From contig JACPMK010000002.1 in assembly GCA_016186115.1 (NCBI GenBank), forward strand, positions 200,983 through 264,982: a stretch of DNA of 64,000 bases, read 5' to 3'. The notes below the pieces were generated by a model that was not told the DNA's origin, ran no database searches, and worked only from the letters and a program-made list of their open reading frames with translations. The position numbers were made by a program, and so were the translations under genes. Positions 1 through 10,850 of the stretch are shown piece after piece (the stretch's first letter is position 1; the number at the start of each line of letters is the position of its first letter). This stretch comes from Candidatus Wildermuthbacteria bacterium (lineage in GTDB: Bacteria > Patescibacteriota > Minisyncoccia > Minisyncoccales > UBA10102).

Positions 1-815
1 TTTTTCATTGCAATCATTCGCGCGGAATGTTCCGAAGCGTTGCTTTCAAAAATAAGATGCACAATTTCGACTTTCACCAGATCTCGTACTAAATTTTCAA
101 CAATTTCCTTGGCGGATGGCTCTAAAATATAAGGAATCTCGTTTCGATTATTTTTTTCCCCTCTGCGCAGTTCAGAATATTTTCCGGTTTTGGGCACAAT
201 ATTTTCAACGGTCCGGATCAGCTCTTCTCTGTCGAGCGGCAACACTTGGCGAATCTCTGCTTTCTGATTTAATGCTGAAATAAACTGCGTAGAGCAGAAA
301 AGAATTTTATCGTATTCCTTTTTTTCATAGGCATTCAATATCCAATCAGCAAGCGGCGCAATATCAGACAAGGTTACAATATCCGAAAAGCGATAAAATT
401 CTGCTACTGGTTTTAAACCCCTCTTCAGAAAAAAATCTCTGCCTTTTTTTCCCACTGCGACAATCTCAACTTCGCTCCCCTTTTCCTGAAGTTCTCTGGA
501 CAAATTCCATGCTTTTCGCAAAACTGAGCTGTTGAATGCTCCCGACAATCCCCTGTCACTCGTGGCCACCACCAGCCCTATTTTTTTCCCATCGCGGCTC
601 TCCCACAACGGGCTTGAAATATTTTCTAATTCTTTACTATATCGCAAAATTCGCGACAGCAACGCAAGAGCGCTTTTTGCATAGGGCCGTGCGCGCAACG
701 CAACCTCCTGCGCTTTGCGCATTTTTGCCGCGGCCACCATCTGCATTGCCTTGGTGATCTGCTTGATATTCCGTACCGTATGTATTTTACTTTTGAGCTG
801 TCGTTTCGATCTCAT
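1..815 (-). CDS. atpG: F1 ATP synthase gamma subunit; 3' end runs off the window
   Basis: Absent from the ORF track because no stop lies in the window. My minus-strand translation from the ATG at 815 reads [47 protein letters not shown]..., a canonical gamma N-terminus. It follows atpA in operon order and overlaps the atpA end by 29 nt. Confidence 0.85.
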   Translation of the reverse strand, partial: MRSKRQLKSKIHTVRNIKQITKAMQMVAAAKMRKAQEVALRARPYAKSALALLSRILRYSKELENISSPLWESRDGKKIGLVVATSDRGLSGAFNSSVLRKAWNLSRELQEKGSEVEIVAVGKKGRDFFLKRGLKPVAEFYRFSDIVTLSDIAPLADWILNAYEKKEYDKILFCSTQFISALNQKAEIRQVLPLDREELIRTVENIVPKTGKYSELRRGEKNNRNEIPYILEPSAKEIVENLVRDLVKVEIVHLIFESNASEHSARMIAMK

Positions 816-2355
816 GAGATTGTTTGAAATCTTCTGAAAATGCTTCGATGGCTTTTTGAAGCTCGCCCCGCGTTTCTTCGGAAAGATCCCGGCTCTCGTG
901 AATATTCTTGAGGATTTCGGGATGCTGATTCTTCAATTGCTCCAGCAATTTCGCTTCGAATTCTTTCACGCGCTCTAAAGGAATCTGATCGAGATACCCT
1001 CCTGTGCCGGCAAATAGTATTGCCACTTGTTCTTCAAAGGGCAGCACTTTGAATTGGGGCTGCTTGAGCAATTCCATCAAACGGGATCCTCGTGTAATCC
1101 TTTTTCTGGTTGCCTCGTCAAGGTCTTGCGCGAACTGCACGAACGCAGCCAATTCCTGATACTGGGCAAGTTCCAATTTCAATGGCCCTGCAACTTTTTT
1201 CATCGCTTTGGTCTGCGCCGCAGATCCCACACGCGATACCGAGATACCAATGTTTACTGCCGGCCTCTGGCCTTTCGCGAACAAATCAGCTTCCAAATAA
1301 ATTTGGCCATCAGTGATAGAAATCACATTCGTGGGAATATATGCCGAAACATCGCCTGCCTGCGTTTCCACAATTGGGAGTGCGGTCAAAGAACCTCCGC
1401 CATATTGAGAAGAAAATTTTGCTGCACGCTCCAAAAGCCGGGAATGAAGGTAGAAAATATCGCCAGGGTATGCCTCTCTGCCCGGAGGCCGTCGCAAGAG
1501 CAAAGAAATCTGACGCCACGCCCAGGCGTGCTTCGAAAGATCATCATAAATAACTAAAGCGTCTTTGCCTTTATCGCGGAAATACTCCCCAATCGTGCAG
1601 CCGGCATAAGGCGCGATATACCACAAGGGAGCCGGGTCAGATGCGCCCGCAGCAACCACAATAGTGTGCTCCATTGCTCCGCGCGATTTTAATTCTTGAA
1701 CCAGTTGGGCTACTTTGGAATATTTTTGCCCAACAGCAACATAGATACAAATAGGACGTTTTGCTTCTGGCTCATTGAGCTGATTAATAATCGTATCCAA
1801 AACGAGCGCTGTTTTTCCAGTTTGACGATCGCCAATAATAAGTTCGCGCTGGCCACGACCAATAGGGATCAAAGCATCAATAATTTTAAATCCCGTTGCC
1901 AGCGAAGCATGTACTGATTCTCGCTGAATAACCGGAGGAGCAGGTCTCTCAATGGGAAGCGTCTGCAAATTGCCGGCTGCCAAATGGCCGCGGCCATCCA
2001 ATGGCTGACCCAAAGGATTTACAACTCTTCCCAGCAGTTGCTCGCCTACAGGCACCGACAAAACTTTTCCCGTTCTTTTAACAATATCGCCCTCATGAAT
2101 TGCCGCGTCGCTGCCAAGAACAACCGCACCCACGGTGTACTCCTCAAGGTTTAATACCATTGCATAGGAAGGTTCAGTAGATACGGCTTGATTTTTCTCG
2201 ATGCGCACCATTTCAGAGAACATCACATTGGGCAAACCCTCAATCTGCACTACCCCGTCTCCCACGCTCGTGACCCTTCCCATTTCCTCCCCGTGAATGG
2301 GGGCCTCTGCGTGCTCTAATTGTTTTTTAAGAAGTTCGATAAACCCTTTGTCCAT
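787..2355 (-). CDS. atpA: F1 ATP synthase alpha subunit
   Basis: 522-aa ORF with P-loop GDRQTGKT and alpha-type sequence throughout; sits in the atp operon. Confidence 0.95.
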   Translation of the reverse strand: MDKGFIELLKKQLEHAEAPIHGEEMGRVTSVGDGVVQIEGLPNVMFSEMVRIEKNQAVSTEPSYAMVLNLEEYTVGAVVLGSDAAIHEGDIVKRTGKVLSVPVGEQLLGRVVNPLGQPLDGRGHLAAGNLQTLPIERPAPPVIQRESVHASLATGFKIIDALIPIGRGQRELIIGDRQTGKTALVLDTIINQLNEPEAKRPICIYVAVGQKYSKVAQLVQELKSRGAMEHTIVVAAGASDPAPLWYIAPYAGCTIGEYFRDKGKDALVIYDDLSKHAWAWRQISLLLRRPPGREAYPGDIFYLHSRLLERAAKFSSQYGGGSLTALPIVETQAGDVSAYIPTNVISITDGQIYLEADLFAKGQRPAVNIGISVSRVGSAAQTKAMKKVAGPLKLELAQYQELAAFVQFAQDLDEATRKRITRGSRLMELLKQPQFKVLPFEEQVAILFAGTGGYLDQIPLERVKEFEAKLLEQLKNQHPEILKNIHESRDLSEETRGELQKAIEAFSEDFKQSHEIETTAQK

Positions 2356-2362
2356 AAAAAAT

Positions 2363-2743
2363 TCAACGTAATTGTTGCCATATACTGCGCAATTTTCCTT
2401 TCACAGTTCCATCAATGACATATTCATTGCCCACAAAAATCGACATTCCCGCTCCTCTTCCCTTTTCTATTTTTTCTTCGATGGTTCCTTTCCCAACCAC
2501 ATGACGTATATTCGATTTCATATTCTCTGAAATCGGCTCCGAACTCACAACGGTAATTTTCTTTCCCTCCTCTTGCTCCTCCAATCGCTCGAATTCCTTG
2601 AGAATTTTCTCAAACATTCTTGTATCCCCATTCTTGCGCAAAACCATAACAAAATGCTTGAGCTGTTCTTTCTCGTTTTCCTTTGAAGCGGTGTGAGCAA
2701 TCTTTCTCAACACTTGGGCATATGCCTTAGCTTTGTTTTGCAT
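2363..2743 (-). CDS. atpH: ATP synthase delta (OSCP) subunit, short form
   Basis: 126-aa ORF between atpF and atpA. The C-terminal IDGTVKGKL-type motif fits delta, but the protein is shorter than typical delta subunits. Confidence 0.65.
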   Translation of the reverse strand: MQNKAKAYAQVLRKIAHTASKENEKEQLKHFVMVLRKNGDTRMFEKILKEFERLEEQEEGKKITVVSSEPISENMKSNIRHVVGKGTIEEKIEKGRGAGMSIFVGNEYVIDGTVKGKLRSIWQQLR

Positions 2744-3245
2744 AGGTTTGCTTCAAAGAATCCACCACCTCCTTCATAAGACGTTGCCGATCGCTTTCGG
2801 CGATGGTTCTCTCCAATACTTTTTCTGCCGCCAAAAGCGCAAGATTCAAAATTGCTTCTTTTGCTTCCTGAATCGCACTCTCCTTTTCTCTCCCGATGTC
2901 CTCTTTTGCTCTTTGCAAAATTTTTTCTGCCTCTGCTTTTGCCAGTTGCACAATTTCTTGCTCTCTTTCTTGCGCCGATGCCTTTGCTTTGACAAACAAT
3001 TCCTCTGCTTCTTGTTTTGCCTGCGATAATGCACGCTTTCTTGCTTCTTTCACTCGCGCGAGTTCTTTCTCGGCATCTTCCCGCAGTTTCAATCCTTCTT
3101 CGATCTTCCGCTGTCTTTGCTCCATAAACGAAATCAATTTGCGGAAAACGAACTTATACAGCACAAATACAATAATAAGAAAATTGACCGTCTGGGCAAG
3201 CAGAAGTTTCCAATCGATCCCTAGTTGTGAAAATAATTCAGACAT
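2727..3245 (-). CDS. atpF: Fo ATP synthase subunit b
   Basis: One N-terminal TM helix followed by a long charged helix (KAEAEKILQRAKEDI...); operon position between c and delta. Confidence 0.85.
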   Translation of the reverse strand: MSELFSQLGIDWKLLLAQTVNFLIIVFVLYKFVFRKLISFMEQRQRKIEEGLKLREDAEKELARVKEARKRALSQAKQEAEELFVKAKASAQEREQEIVQLAKAEAEKILQRAKEDIGREKESAIQEAKEAILNLALLAAEKVLERTIAESDRQRLMKEVVDSLKQTYAKQS

Positions 3246-3260
3246 TTGACCCTGCTCCTT

Positions 3261-4249
<989 letters not shown>

Positions 4250-4304
4250 ACAATAACCTATCCTATTATAGAGAGAAAAATCAAATATGTAAATACCTTC
4301 GATT

Positions 4305-5060
4305 TTACCCCTTGCCCATCCCTCCCTTCCGCCATTTTGTGGCAGTAAGAACAGGAGCAAAAATATCGTCTTCTAAAGAGATATGAAGATCTCGGAGTTC
4401 TTTTGCGCTTGGATCGCGTTTTTGAAATTTTACAAAAGGGACATCTTCTACAATAGCAATTGGAGTTTGCTCTGACCCTTCGCCCATTGCCAACACAGCA
4501 GAAACCGCGAGCTCGTCGGCAATATTGCCAACCTGCATCTCAAATTTTCTTCCAAAAATATCCTTTTCTCCGATGTAATAATGAAGAGCCGCAAATCCGC
4601 TATACCCTATGCTTACTCCTATGGTACCCCTGCGCAAAGGAGCCAATCTGCTGTCGGTAATCACCACCCCAACATTTTTGAGTTGAAAACGTTTGAGCAG
4701 ATATTTCCGAATATTATTCGCGGTCTGTTGAGGATATTTTGGCCAAAGAATCAAATACCCATTTGCATTCGACTCATCAATTCCGGAGGAAGCAATAATC
4801 GTATTATTCTTGATCGTGAGGAGAACATTATATCTGTTGCTCGACCGCGGAAGGTAATACTCTGCTTCCTTCATAATAAGCTGATCCTTGTCGTGTTCTT
4901 TTGGATTTGCAATACGGCCTTCGCAAATTGCCACAATTTTTGAGGTTATAACCACAACAGACCGTTCTTTGATCGGCGGCAAATACTCATCCAAAATAAG
5001 GAACAAATTCCTATCCTTCCCCGGCAATATTTTTCTGGTCTTAATAGACGTAACAATCAT
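4305..5060 (-). CDS. CofE-like (F420-0:gamma-glutamyl ligase family) protein
   Basis: 251-aa ORF with family-typical segments (VVVITSKIVAICEGR, GIDESNA, VVITDS, ADELA..A.L..GEG). The substrate in a CPR-type host is unknown. Confidence 0.6.
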   Translation of the reverse strand: MIVTSIKTRKILPGKDRNLFLILDEYLPPIKERSVVVITSKIVAICEGRIANPKEHDKDQLIMKEAEYYLPRSSNRYNVLLTIKNNTIIASSGIDESNANGYLILWPKYPQQTANNIRKYLLKRFQLKNVGVVITDSRLAPLRRGTIGVSIGYSGFAALHYYIGEKDIFGRKFEMQVGNIADELAVSAVLAMGEGSEQTPIAIVEDVPFVKFQKRDPSAKELRDLHISLEDDIFAPVLTATKWRKGGMGKG

Positions 5061-5098
5061 ATTATAAAGCTAAAAGCGTACTTACTCGAGCTTATTAT

Positions 5099-5107
5099 AT
5101 TATACCA
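5099..5107 (-). promoter_or_regulatory. Candidate extended -10 promoter (TGGTATAAT) for the cofE-like/atp operon
   Basis: The minus strand reads ...gagaaatttGGTATAATataataag, about 40 nt upstream of the ATG at 5060 and just downstream of the terminator at 5137-5171. No good -35 box. Confidence 0.3.
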
Positions 5108-5136
5108 AATTTCTCAATAACGGAAGAGCTGGATGA

Positions 5137-5171
5137 TAAAAAAACAGGGGTTTGACCCCCTGCTTTTTTTT
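5137..5171 (-). terminator. Rho-independent terminator (A-run/T-run on both sides)
   Basis: CAGGGG-tttgac-CCCCTG stem flanked by an A-run and a T-run. On the minus strand the stem is followed by TTTTTTT. Confidence 0.6.
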
Positions 5172-5335
5172 ATCCTCTACGGGCAATGAGATAATAAAAG
5201 ACGGAGTCAATAATTGCAACGCATGCCTGCAATCATGCGGCTTAAAAACCATCAAGGCATACATAGGATGCTGCTGCATTAACTCCAATCCCAGAAGCCA
5301 ATGAAATTGCTGTCAAAGTGAACAATGTGAGCAGT

Positions 5336-5383
5336 AAAAAAATAAGGCGTCACTAAAGGGATTGTACCGCAATTAGCGACGCC
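5336..5383 (-). terminator. Rho-independent terminator downstream of tgt
   Basis: On the minus strand GGCGTCGCT...AGTGACGCC forms 9 bp including one G-U that would be an A-C mismatch on the plus strand, followed by TTATTTTTTT. Confidence 0.5.
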
Positions 5384-5410
5384 CAGCGGAAGGAAAGGAT
5401 GGACAGAAAA

Positions 5411-5466
5411 ATTCCATGGGAAGAAAACGTGGGGGTAGGTCACGTTCTCCTCCCAACCGATGGAAT
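5411..5466 (-). other. Long strand-specific hairpin in the tgt 3' region
   Basis: On the minus strand GGGAGGAGAACGTG pairs with CACGTTTTCTTCCC (14 bp, two G-U pairs, 8-nt loop). An outer TTCCAT/ATGGAA helix extends it. The G-U pairs become A-C mismatches on the plus strand. Confidence 0.45.
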
Positions 5467-5517
5467 GAAATTCTAACTTCACTCTACAATTAATAGCGGG
5501 GGGTTGTCAAGAAAAGT

Positions 5518-6672
5518 TCAGATTTCACCTTTCTGAATTTGTATTCGCAATTTCTTGAAAATCTGCTCAAGGAAATACAGATTGTGATAGGTTGCAAGAT
5601 AGTAACCCAACAGTTCGCGTTCTTTGAAAAGATGATGCAAAAACGATAAGGAAAAGATTTCACAGGTATAACACTGGCAATCTTTCTGAATCGGATTTTT
5701 ATCTTTTAGATATTTCGCTTTCGTAAGATCGATTCTATAGAATTGCTTCCCTTTGTTTTGGAACACAACGCCGTTGCGGGCAAGCCGGGTTGGCTCGACA
5801 CAGTCGAAGGTATCAATACCCAAGGGAACAAAATCCAGAATATCTTCTATTCTCCCAATTCCTAAAAGATGCTTTGGTTTTTCTTCGGGCAAAAATGGCG
5901 TAACCCACTTTACCTGTTCTCGCATTTCTTTTTTCGTCTCCCCCACCGAAACACCGCCAATCGCAATGCCGGGAGTATTTTGCTGCGCAACAAACTTCGC
6001 CGATGCAATTCGCAAATCCTTAAATACGCCTCCTTGCACAATTCCGTACAGGAATTGCTGCAATCCTGAGCGATCCCGAGCTTGTGGGGGGAGAGTCGAA
6101 GAGCTTCCTTTTGTTTGGATGCATCTCAAAAGCCAACGATGAGTCCGTTCGGTTGCTTCTGTTGTATATTGATGAGAAGCGCCGTAGTAAATGCACTCAT
6201 CAAAAGCCATGATAATATCTGCGCCGATTTTCTCTTGATAGCGAATGGACAGTTCCGGAGAAAATAAAAGTTCTCTGCCCGTACGCGGAGAACGAAAACG
6301 CACACCTTTTTCGGTAACTTTTACCAAAGGAATTCCTTCGCCTTCTCTTGTGCTTGCACGTTTCTCGGCCAATGAGAACACCTGAAACCCTCCGGAATCG
6401 CTCATCAAAGGAATAGAAAGGTTGGCATACGTATGAATTCCGCCGAATTTCTCAATTACATCAATTCCTGGATGATCCACTAAGTGAAAAATGTTCACAA
6501 ACGCAACTTGGATGCCGATTTCCCTAATATCTTTTGGCGGAATTGCTTTTAACGTTCCTTTCGTTGCCACGGGCACAAACGCCGGGGTCAAAATTTCCCC
6601 GTGCGAAGTCGTAATCTTTCCTAAGCGCGCCTGTGATCTCCTGCTTTTGTGCGTAATACAAAAAAATCGCAT
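5518..6672 (-). CDS. tgt: Queuine tRNA-ribosyltransferase (tRNA-guanine transglycosylase)
   Basis: 384-aa ORF with Tgt motifs (SDSGGFQV, MAFDEC, GIAIGGVSVGE) and a C-terminal Zn site CxCxxC...H. Confidence 0.9.
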   Translation of the reverse strand: MRFFCITHKSRRSQARLGKITTSHGEILTPAFVPVATKGTLKAIPPKDIREIGIQVAFVNIFHLVDHPGIDVIEKFGGIHTYANLSIPLMSDSGGFQVFSLAEKRASTREGEGIPLVKVTEKGVRFRSPRTGRELLFSPELSIRYQEKIGADIIMAFDECIYYGASHQYTTEATERTHRWLLRCIQTKGSSSTLPPQARDRSGLQQFLYGIVQGGVFKDLRIASAKFVAQQNTPGIAIGGVSVGETKKEMREQVKWVTPFLPEEKPKHLLGIGRIEDILDFVPLGIDTFDCVEPTRLARNGVVFQNKGKQFYRIDLTKAKYLKDKNPIQKDCQCYTCEIFSLSFLHHLFKERELLGYYLATYHNLYFLEQIFKKLRIQIQKGEI

Positions 6673-6746
6673 GCTATTCTTTACTCCGCAGATGATGCTT
6701 TAGCTCCCTACACAAGAATTATCTGATCGTCGCCAAGAACATATCT

Positions 6747-7730
6747 TCATGTCCGTATCTCTTTTTCTAACCAAGGGATCTTCTCCCCTTTCTTTCTTCT
6801 CCACCATAGATCTTCCCAGATGTAGTGAACGGCAAGCTGCTTGTATTCTCCGTATCGCTCAAAGTATTTCAACAGCCGCTTTACAGAAACAGGATTTTCC
6901 GGACTTTGGTTAAAGAATAGCTTTGAGTATATTTTCTGTTCCCATGGGGAAACGTGGTTGAAGAAGTCCCAGTGATGAAAAACATCAAACAAGAGGTACC
7001 ACACGGTGGCTGGTCCTACACCATAGAGTTTGAGGAGTTCTTGCATTTGCGTTTCTCTGTCTTGCTCACGGAGTTTTTCTTCATCAAGACCATTGATAAA
7101 CTGCTCATCTATCTTCTTTATGGATTTTGCTCGGTATCCTACCTTCAAAGCTCGCAGTTCTTGCTCATTTACATTCTTTAATCTTCCGGGCTCCCAGAAA
7201 CACCAAAGCTTCTTATCATCAAACTCAACTAAGGTGCCGTAGCACTCCAATAGGTTTTGGAACATTTGAATAGATCTTCTCACAGAAGCATTCTGCAAAA
7301 CAATGCCGATAATGAGGTACTCGTAGAGAGAGCTTGGATGGCCTGGGCGCATGCCTCTCAGTTTCTTGATGGCAGGCCCTACTAACCTGTCTTTGCTGAA
7401 TCTTCTGTAAAACTCTTTCAAATCAAGGTTTAAGTTGTAGCGGTACTCTACTTCTTTTTTCAACGAATCAATGAAACTTCTGCTTAACTTTTTTCCTGCA
7501 AAGATGGACAGGGCAATCAGGGGTTTGGCGACTGTGCCTTTATTCTCAAACTTTAACCCCAAACACTTTCCTTTCCACGCCCATGTCTGCCATCTTGTGC
7601 CCGGCTGCCAAAGATTATCTCCCGACGTGAAGTGGCCTGGTTTGTGAAAAGTAGGGTCAAAAGCAAAAGGAACTGTGGGCTTTATGCGAACAGTGGTTTT
7701 GTGAGTAAGTTTCTTTACCCTTTTGGCCAT
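6747..7730 (-). CDS. HhH-GPD superfamily DNA glycosylase-like protein (AlkA/Ogg-like)
   Basis: 327-aa ORF with a helix-hairpin-helix element LLKLYGVGPATVWYLL preceded by LKVGYRAKSIKKI. The exact specificity cannot be judged by eye. Confidence 0.5.
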   Translation of the reverse strand: MAKRVKKLTHKTTVRIKPTVPFAFDPTFHKPGHFTSGDNLWQPGTRWQTWAWKGKCLGLKFENKGTVAKPLIALSIFAGKKLSRSFIDSLKKEVEYRYNLNLDLKEFYRRFSKDRLVGPAIKKLRGMRPGHPSSLYEYLIIGIVLQNASVRRSIQMFQNLLECYGTLVEFDDKKLWCFWEPGRLKNVNEQELRALKVGYRAKSIKKIDEQFINGLDEEKLREQDRETQMQELLKLYGVGPATVWYLLFDVFHHWDFFNHVSPWEQKIYSKLFFNQSPENPVSVKRLLKYFERYGEYKQLAVHYIWEDLWWRRKKGEKIPWLEKEIRT

Positions 7731-8143
7731 GGGTAGTTGATAATCTCACGAAGCTTCAATCGCTCCAGTACTTTTCCATGCTCGTCTAGGAGAATAATCT
7801 CTGTATTGTGCCTTGAGCGCAAAGAACTTTCCCATAAAAGTTGCTTGCACATATGGCAGGGATAGATTGAGTCGTCTCCACCTGCGGGAGTATTCCCCAC
7901 AACGGCAATCGCCGCAATTTCATACTCTCCGTGGGCTGCCGCATGGGCGAGAACCGCCTGTTCTGCGTGAAGCGTCAGGGAGTAGGTATCTGAAAAGTAC
8001 TGGCCCGAGGAGTAAATACTGCCCTTCCCGGTTAACACCGCTGCGCCAATTCTAAAATCGCCTGGCTGATTGGTGCCGGTAAAAGCATTCCTCATTCCCT
8101 CTATCGCAGCTTGTATGAGTTTCTGTTCGATTGTTTGATCCAT
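7715..8143 (-). CDS. cdd: Cytidine deaminase family protein
   Basis: 142-aa ORF with zinc-site motifs HAEQ and PCHMCKQ (PCxxC) at the usual spacing. Confidence 0.7.
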   Translation of the reverse strand: MDQTIEQKLIQAAIEGMRNAFTGTNQPGDFRIGAAVLTGKGSIYSSGQYFSDTYSLTLHAEQAVLAHAAAHGEYEIAAIAVVGNTPAGGDDSIYPCHMCKQLLWESSLRSRHNTEIILLDEHGKVLERLKLREIINYPWPKG

Positions 8144-8149
8144 AACTCA

Positions 8150-8194
8150 ACTCTATCAAAAAATTTACCCCCACACCGTATTTTGGTTGTGGGG
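8150..8194 (-). terminator. Rho-independent terminator after the 83-aa gene
   Basis: CCCCACA...TGTGGGG stem followed on the minus strand by gtaaaTTTTTT. A second hairpin CCCCGAG-ataaa-CTCGGGG (8199-8217) precedes it. Confidence 0.5.
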
Positions 8195-8259
8195 CCCGCC
8201 CCGAGATAAACTCGGGGTAAATCTCCTTGATGATTCTTTGAAATTCAACAAAGACAAAG

Positions 8260-8511
8260 TTAGTACTCTAGTTTAATGCCCAGCTTCTCTGCGAGTTGCT
8301 GAATCCACTTTTCATGACGGTCAACCTTATGGCTCAGCATAACCATCTCTTGAAAGTAGGTATCGGCCTGCTTTGCATAGGCGTCAACAGAAGTAAGCAC
8401 ATCGGAAAACCCTTTCCTCATTTCGTCTCGAAAGGCCGCGAACTCTTCTTTTGTGGCAAAAACCGTTTGGTTTGCCTCAATGATTTGCTGGATATCCTCT
8501 TTCTCAAGCAT
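8260..8511 (-). CDS. Hypothetical small helical protein
   Basis: 83-aa ORF that fills its intergenic space and has its own terminator; no recognisable motif. Confidence 0.4.
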   Translation of the reverse strand: MLEKEDIQQIIEANQTVFATKEEFAAFRDEMRKGFSDVLTSVDAYAKQADTYFQEMVMLSHKVDRHEKWIQQLAEKLGIKLEY

Positions 8512-8589
8512 ACATTTATTGTAGAACTTCTAACTGGGGTGTCAAACAACTTCGCTTACCATCCGTCAAGTTTATGAACCCGAACAGCT

Positions 8590-8718
8590 CTAGAATAGTT
8601 TTCCTCCGAGTTTTGGATTTTTTGCGTCTGGAGTAATAAGAATCGCTCTCCCCTTTTCATCTTCAATGATTTTGCCTACGCGAATATCCAATTTTTCAAA
8701 ACCTTCAATGGTTGCCAT
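8590..8718 (-). pseudogene. Truncated CsaA/Trbp111-type tRNA-binding-domain remnant (42 codons)
   Basis: Hand translation gives MATIEGFEKLDIRVGKIIEDEKGRAILITPDAKNPKLGGKLF*. The first 17 residues match the CsaA N-terminus pattern (F.KLDIRVG.I) and the rest diverges before stopping. Below the ORF-track size cutoff. Confidence 0.4.
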
Positions 8719-8743
8719 AAGCATAGAAATCAAAAAACTTTGA

Positions 8744-9805
8744 TCAGCCGTGTTTTATTTCAATAACATCCCCGTCTCTAACAACGTATTCTTTCCCTTC
8801 GGTTCGAATCAATCCCTCTGCCATGGCTTCCGCAAGGCCGCCGGCTTCCAGCAATGCATCCCATTGAATTACCGCGGCCCGAATAAAATTTTTCTCAAAA
8901 TCGCTATGAATCACCCCTCCGGCTTGCGGCGCTTTTGCTCCCCGCACAATAGTCCATGCGCGTGTTTCATCGGGGCCGGTGGTAAAAAAAGTAATGAGAT
9001 TTAATATTTCGTACGCCCGTTGAATCAGTTCTGACAAATTCGATTGCATTCCAAGTTCTTGGCGTTCGTTGTCTGAAAGTCCGGCAATTTCTAATTCCTC
9101 TTGGAGATTTACCGCAACAAAAGAGCCGTGCGCCTTTTCTATGTTTTGTTTCAGTTCCAAAGGAATATCTTGGTTTTTTGAATTCAAAAGAAAAATAATT
9201 GGTTTGGCAGTAAGAAGCTGCAGTTCATGGAACACCGGCTCGCTTTCGGGATGCGATCTTTGATATTCCGTAGCTCGTACGCCCTGTTCAAAGAATTTTT
9301 TTGCATCCTGGAGAATTTGATTCTGCGCAATAGCTTCTTTTTTTCCCCCTCGCGCCTCCTTTTCCAAAGATAGAAGTCGTTTTTCTACTGTTTCCAAATC
9401 CTTCAGAAGCAACTCGGTGTGAATGGTATCAATATCGCGCAAAGGGTCAACGCTTTCCTCCACATGAATAATATCGGGATTCTCAAAACAGCGCACAACT
9501 TCTACAATTGCTGACACTTCTCGAATATGTGTCAAAAATTGATTGCCCAACCCTTCGCCCTTATTTGCGCCGCGCACTAACCCCGCAATATCAACAAATT
9601 CGATAACCGTAGGAATGATTTTTTGTGAATGAAAAAGCGCTGCGAGCTTTTGGAGCCGCTCATCGGGAACCTCCACTACCCCGACATTGGGATCAATCGT
9701 CGCGAACGGATAGTTGGCAATATTAACTTCTTTTTTTGTCAGCGCCTGAAATAATGTGGATTTCCCCACATTCGGCAGCCCCACAATTCCGACGGATAAG
9801 CTCAT
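8744..9805 (-). CDS. ychF: Ribosome-binding ATPase YchF
   Basis: 353-aa ORF with P-loop [11 protein letters not shown], motifs [10 protein letters not shown] and DIAGLV, and a C-terminal TGS-like end. Confidence 0.95.
   Translation of the reverse strand: MSLSVGIVGLPNVGKSTLFQALTKKEVNIANYPFATIDPNVGVVEVPDERLQKLAALFHSQKIIPTVIEFVDIAGLVRGANKGEGLGNQFLTHIREVSAIVEVVRCFENPDIIHVEESVDPLRDIDTIHTELLLKDLETVEKRLLSLEKEARGGKKEAIAQNQILQDAKKFFEQGVRATEYQRSHPESEPVFHELQLLTAKPIIFLLNSKNQDIPLELKQNIEKAHGSFVAVNLQEELEIAGLSDNERQELGMQSNLSELIQRAYEILNLITFFTTGPDETRAWTIVRGAKAPQAGGVIHSDFEKNFIRAAVIQWDALLEAGGLAEAMAEGLIRTEGKEYVVRDGDVIEIKHG
9738..9805 (-). repeat. Direct repeat copy 1 (first 68 nt of ychF)
   Basis: Identical at 66 of 68 positions (my count) to 14651-14718. 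Similarity drops sharply beyond that point. Confidence 0.85.
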
Positions 9806-9842
9806 AATTTTTACGCTATAAGGAGAAAATGTTATTGTCTAT

Positions 9843-10850
9843 TTAGTATACAGGTTTTTCTCCCAGCATCCAGTCAATCTCTTGTCGTAGTTTCTTCGTA
9901 TTACCATGGGTAATCATGCCAAGATACGATTGAACCGTTGCCATGTTCCTTCGTTTACGTTCTATGCCACGGAACATCCTTCGCTTCGTCACGGTTCGCA
10001 GTACCCGATGATCTGGGAAATGTACCCACCCGAGAAAATCTACTCCAGAAGCAACGGTTTGTATAAATGTTTTGTCGGGATGCAATTGAAGCCGCAAGTT
10101 GCTCCATAGAAAATCGCTGATTTTCGAGAGTATGTTTTCAAGCAATGTTCTATCTTTTGACAGAATAATAAAATCGTCAGCATAACGAATATAATATCTT
10201 ACCTTCAGTTTGTGCTTCAGAAACTGGTCAAACCTATTCATATATACATTCACCAAGAGCTGGGATGTAAGGTTGCCAAGCGGCAATCCAATTCCATTTC
10301 TGGTTGAATAAAAACTCCGAACGATTTGAGAAATAAGCCATACGGTATCTTCGTCTGGTATAAAACCTTTAATGATTCCCAAGAGTTTGCCTTGGTCTAT
10401 TGAGGCAAAGAACTTTTTTATATCAGATTTTAAGACCCACGCTGTTTTTGTATTATTTTTAGAAGCCCTATATGCAAAAACGCGAAACCTGTTGATTGCC
10501 CTATGTGTTCCTTTCCCAAGTCTGCAGGAATGAGAATCGGCTATAAAAGTTCTATCAAAGAACGGATATAATCTTCTGTAGAGAGCGTGGTGCAGCAATC
10601 TGTCTCTGACACTTGCCTTGTGAATGCTTCTTGGCTTCGGATCAGATATATTAAAGGCGTGATAAGGTGAATGTTTATACGTTTTGGCCACAAGGTCATC
10701 GTGGATAGAAATGATATTGCTCATCAAATTGTGTTCAAACTCTTGTACATCTTGGCGAGACCGTTTGCCAGTTACAAACTCTTTCCAAGCTTCAAGCAGA
10801 TTTTCAAGAGAAATGATATAATTATAGTTATGAGTGAATTGAACGTTCAT
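9843..10850 (-). CDS. Diversity-generating retroelement reverse transcriptase
   Basis: 335-aa ORF with RT motifs 1-7, including YIRYADDFIIL and the DGR-diagnostic motif 4 LPLGNLTSQ ([I/L]GxxxSQ). No maturase or endonuclease domain. The cognate TR/VR pair lies adjacent. Confidence 0.9.
   Translation of the reverse strand: MNVQFTHNYNYIISLENLLEAWKEFVTGKRSRQDVQEFEHNLMSNIISIHDDLVAKTYKHSPYHAFNISDPKPRSIHKASVRDRLLHHALYRRLYPFFDRTFIADSHSCRLGKGTHRAINRFRVFAYRASKNNTKTAWVLKSDIKKFFASIDQGKLLGIIKGFIPDEDTVWLISQIVRSFYSTRNGIGLPLGNLTSQLLVNVYMNRFDQFLKHKLKVRYYIRYADDFIILSKDRTLLENILSKISDFLWSNLRLQLHPDKTFIQTVASGVDFLGWVHFPDHRVLRTVTKRRMFRGIERKRRNMATVQSYLGMITHGNTKKLRQEIDWMLGEKPVY

Noticed and set aside
536-757. 73-aa plus-strand ORF at the window start
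   Set aside because: It lies antisense to the clearly recognisable atpG coding sequence.
5172-5517. RNase P RNA, tmRNA or SRP RNA in the tgt-cofE spacer
   Set aside because: I looked for GAGGAAAGUCC/ACAGAA (RNase P), a GGGG 5' end with a tRNA-like TPsiC 3' end (tmRNA), and the GGAA-tetraloop/AGCA domain IV (SRP). I found only scattered partial resemblances in the wrong arrangement.
8181-8200. Possible fourth, degenerate copy of the conserved site (shares GGTTGTG)
   Set aside because: Only a 7-nt core and a few flanking matches are shared. The sequence is better explained as the 3' arm of the terminator hairpin at 8169-8194.
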